Positions 62,901-64,000 of a stretch of 64,000 nucleotides of DNA are shown one piece after another. The translations under genes and the position numbers were made by a program. Origin of the DNA: Squalus acanthias. Taxonomy: Eukaryota. The stretch is from assembly GCA_030390025.1 (NCBI GenBank), contig CM059449.1:7316001-7380000 (forward strand), read 5' to 3'. Under the pieces are notes generated by a model. That model did not search any database. It was not told where the DNA came from and saw only the letters and a list, made by a program, of their open reading frames with translations. Numbering within the stretch: the stretch's first letter is position 1; every line of letters starts with the position of its first letter.

Positions 62901-63770
62901 AAATACAAAGGGATCTGGGGGTCCTGGTGCACGAAACTCAAAAGGTTAGTATGCAGGTGCAGCAAGTGATTAAGAAGGCCAATGGAATGTTGGCTTTCAT
63001 TGCTAGGGGGATAGAATATAAAAATAGGGAGGTATTGCTTCAGTTGTACAAGGTATTGGTGAGACCGCACCTGGAATACTGCATACAGTTTTGGTGTCCA
63101 TACTTAAGAAAAGACATACTTGGTCTCGAGTCAGTACAAAGAAGGTTCACTCGGTTAATCCCAGGGATGAGGGGATGGACATATGAGGAGAGGTTGGGTA
63201 GATTGGGACTCTACTCATTGGAGTTCAGAAGAATGAGAGGCGATCTTATTGAAACATATAAGATTGTGAAGGGGTTGGATCGGGTGGATGCAGGGAGGAT
63301 GTTCCCGATGATGGGTGAAACTAGAACTAAGGGGCATAGTCTTAGAATAAGGGGCTGCTCTTTCAAAACTGAGATGAGAAGGAACTACTTCACTCAGAGG
63401 GTGGTAGGTCCATGGAATATGCTGCCCCAAAAAGCTGTAGAAGCTACATCATTACATAAATTTAAAACAGAAATAGACAGTTTCCTAGAAGTAAAGGGAA
63501 TTAAGGGTTACGGGGAGCGGGCAGAAATTTGGACATGAGTCTAGGTTCGGATCGGTCATGGCCCTGTGGGTAGCGGAGCTGGCCCAGGGGCCGTGTAGCC
63601 TGATCCTGCTCCTATTTCGTGTGTCCAATTCTGTTAGGTTCAGGAGATGGTTCTGTGATAGTAGATTGGCGGTTAGGATCAGATCAGCCATGATCTTATT
63701 GAATGGCGGAGCAGGCTTGAGGGGCCAATTGGCCTACTCCGGCTCCTATTTCTTATGTTCTTATGTTCTT
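59915..63770 (+). mobile_element. 5'-truncated CR1 'D' in intron 2 of gene 2; RT segment open for 515 aa
   Basis: Esterase ORF1 remnant, endonuclease (YLNARSIRNK, GDFN, SDH) broken by TAA stops, ORF 61991-63538 with all RT motifs, (TTCTTATG)n tail. Confidence 0.95.
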
Positions 63771-64000
63771 TGGAATGAAGGTGTGCTGCAGAAAGGAAAC
63801 AAAGCTGTGTTCTTGCTTAGCTGGAAATCTGCTTGAGGGTCCAGCTAATGGGCAGTTGTAATGGGGCCACACCTTGTATGAAGGAATAGTAGCAATGTAT
63901 GGAAAGGTGCCTGCACTTGTGTTGGCTCTTCTTTTGATGAAGAGAGAAAGATAATGTTATGTGGCAGTTTACTGCTGACCTTCCAGAGTTTCTCTGGTCT

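Noticed and set aside
61991-63538. Active reverse transcriptase gene or autonomous LINE
   Set aside because: The element is 5'-truncated, and upstream ORF1 and endonuclease regions carry stops and frameshifts (e.g. TAG 60178, TAA 60975, TAA 61902).

Overview
Vertebrate genomic DNA, almost certainly a cartilaginous fish (shark): it carries an HE1/V-SINE, SacSINE1-type DeuSINEs and very abundant CR1 LINEs. The window covers part of a tandem butyrophilin (BTN/BTNL) cluster on the + strand. Gene 1 is complete. Eight coding exons, all GT-AG and all phase 1 (6456-6513, 9113-9460, 14657-14941, 17583-17702, 19303-19335, 22646-22672, 27256-27282, 30740-31263), give 1422 nt and an intact 473-aa protein: signal peptide, IgV, IgC, TM, three juxtamembrane micro-exons, B30.2/PRY-SPRY. 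Gene 2 is seen only as a duplicated promoter/non-coding exon 1 (about 42539-43105) and a paralogous signal-peptide exon (58982-59068); it continues beyond the window. Most of the rest is transposon-derived: two CR1-type lineages including a triple-nested stack, Tx1-like L1 fragments, L2, SINEs, MITEs, a solo LTR splitting a 40-bp minisatellite, and Penelope-derived elements carrying minimal hammerhead ribozyme motifs. Points worth following up: perfect-palindrome hammerhead elements with target-site duplications; a promoter block far more similar between paralogs than their coding exon, with IRF and Ets-IRF motifs; a conserved strong-context upstream AUG; a CCAAT-array CpG island with a candidate antisense micro-exon transcript; and two long inverted repeats. 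Almost all ORFs in the supplied track are LINE fragments or spurious. Family assignments come from recalled consensus features, not database searches.
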